From positions 64,172,001-64,236,000 of the forward strand of contig CM059432.1 of the NCBI GenBank assembly GCA_030390025.1: 64,000 bases of DNA, read 5' to 3'. A program made the translations under genes and the position numbers. Under the pieces are notes generated by a model that was not told the origin of the DNA, made no database searches, and was given only the letters and a program-made list of their open reading frames with translations. How positions within the stretch are numbered: the stretch's first letter is position 1; each line of letters opens with the position of its first letter. This DNA comes from Squalus acanthias. Taxonomy: Eukaryota. Of the stretch, positions 63,388 to 64,000 are shown piece after piece.

Positions 63388-63429
63388 TCACCTGAGGAAG
63401 GAGCAATCGATAGCTCCGAAAGCTTGTGA
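63388..63429 (+). ncRNA. Minimal hammerhead motif, family A
   Basis: tcac-CTGAGGA-a-ggagc(aatcgata)gctcc-GAA-AGCT-T-gtga. Confidence 0.78.
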
Positions 63430-64000
63430 TTTCAAATAAAACTGTTGGACTATAACCTGGTTTTAGAATCAGGACATTCCACAGGCAGTCAGGCAGCAAA
63501 AGACTGAGAAAAACAGGAGGCTACAGGAATATTCTATCCTGGGCTGCTAGACAGAATGCAGAGGACTTAGTCTGTTTAAGACAAGCAAGATGACCCACTG
63601 AAGTGGGATAGTGTAGCATGTTCATTATTTTTATGTTATTATGCAAAGTTAAGTTGTATTGATTGAACTAAATAGTCTGATAATAATTATTGCTTACTTT
63701 GGAATAAAGTAACTTAATGATTCAAACCAAGCCTCACCTCATCTGACGTTAACTCAGTTTGCCAACAGAGAAATTACAGAAATACATACGCAAAAGATAT
63801 AGATATTCAGTTTGGATCACAAGGGGGTTCTACTGCTATATCCCTGGGTCCTGCTATCATACAAGTAGATATAGGGCAGTGTGAGTCAACACTCATTGGT
63901 AAAATGCATAGACCACTTACAGAATGATACCAATACCATTGAACACAAGAAGGTATCTACAACAGCACTTATTTTTGACACCTGTTCATAAAAGATTCTA

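Larger units (their letters stand above)
62819..63460. mobile_element. Non-coding fold-back Penelope terminal repeat, family A
   Basis: 261 bp arms 62875-63135 and 63200-63460 (1 mismatch seen); tail 62819-62874; TSD TTTTAGAATCAGGA at 62807-62820 and 63461-63474. Confidence 0.93.

Noticed and set aside
1..64000. CRISPR array or prokaryotic operon
   Set aside because: No regularly spaced repeat-spacer units; content is eukaryotic repeat DNA.

Overview
Eukaryotic, vertebrate-type intergenic or intronic DNA made almost entirely of nested transposable elements. The repeat mix (CR1, L2 and RTE LINEs, tRNA-derived SINEs, PIF/Harbinger elements and MITEs, GIY-YIG Penelope-like elements) looks like a cartilaginous fish genome, which is inference. 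I recognised no host protein-coding exon, rRNA, true tRNA or CRISPR array. Highlights: (1) Four Penelope-type insertions built as fold-back palindromes with 9-14 bp target-site duplications. They carry seven recognisable minimal type-I hammerhead ribozyme motifs in two sequence families, with covarying stem I; two of the insertions are non-coding ribozyme-only hairpins. (2) A full-length 4.47 kb Ty3/Gypsy element (209 bp LTRs, 5 bp TSD) with no tRNA-type primer site; the sequence at that position is complementary to its own LTR, and the RT motif is YLDN. (3) A two-gene Harbinger transposon (DDE nuclease plus spliced Myb/SANT gene), several decayed relatives and many MITEs. Coordinates were read by eye; boundaries of old elements are approximate.
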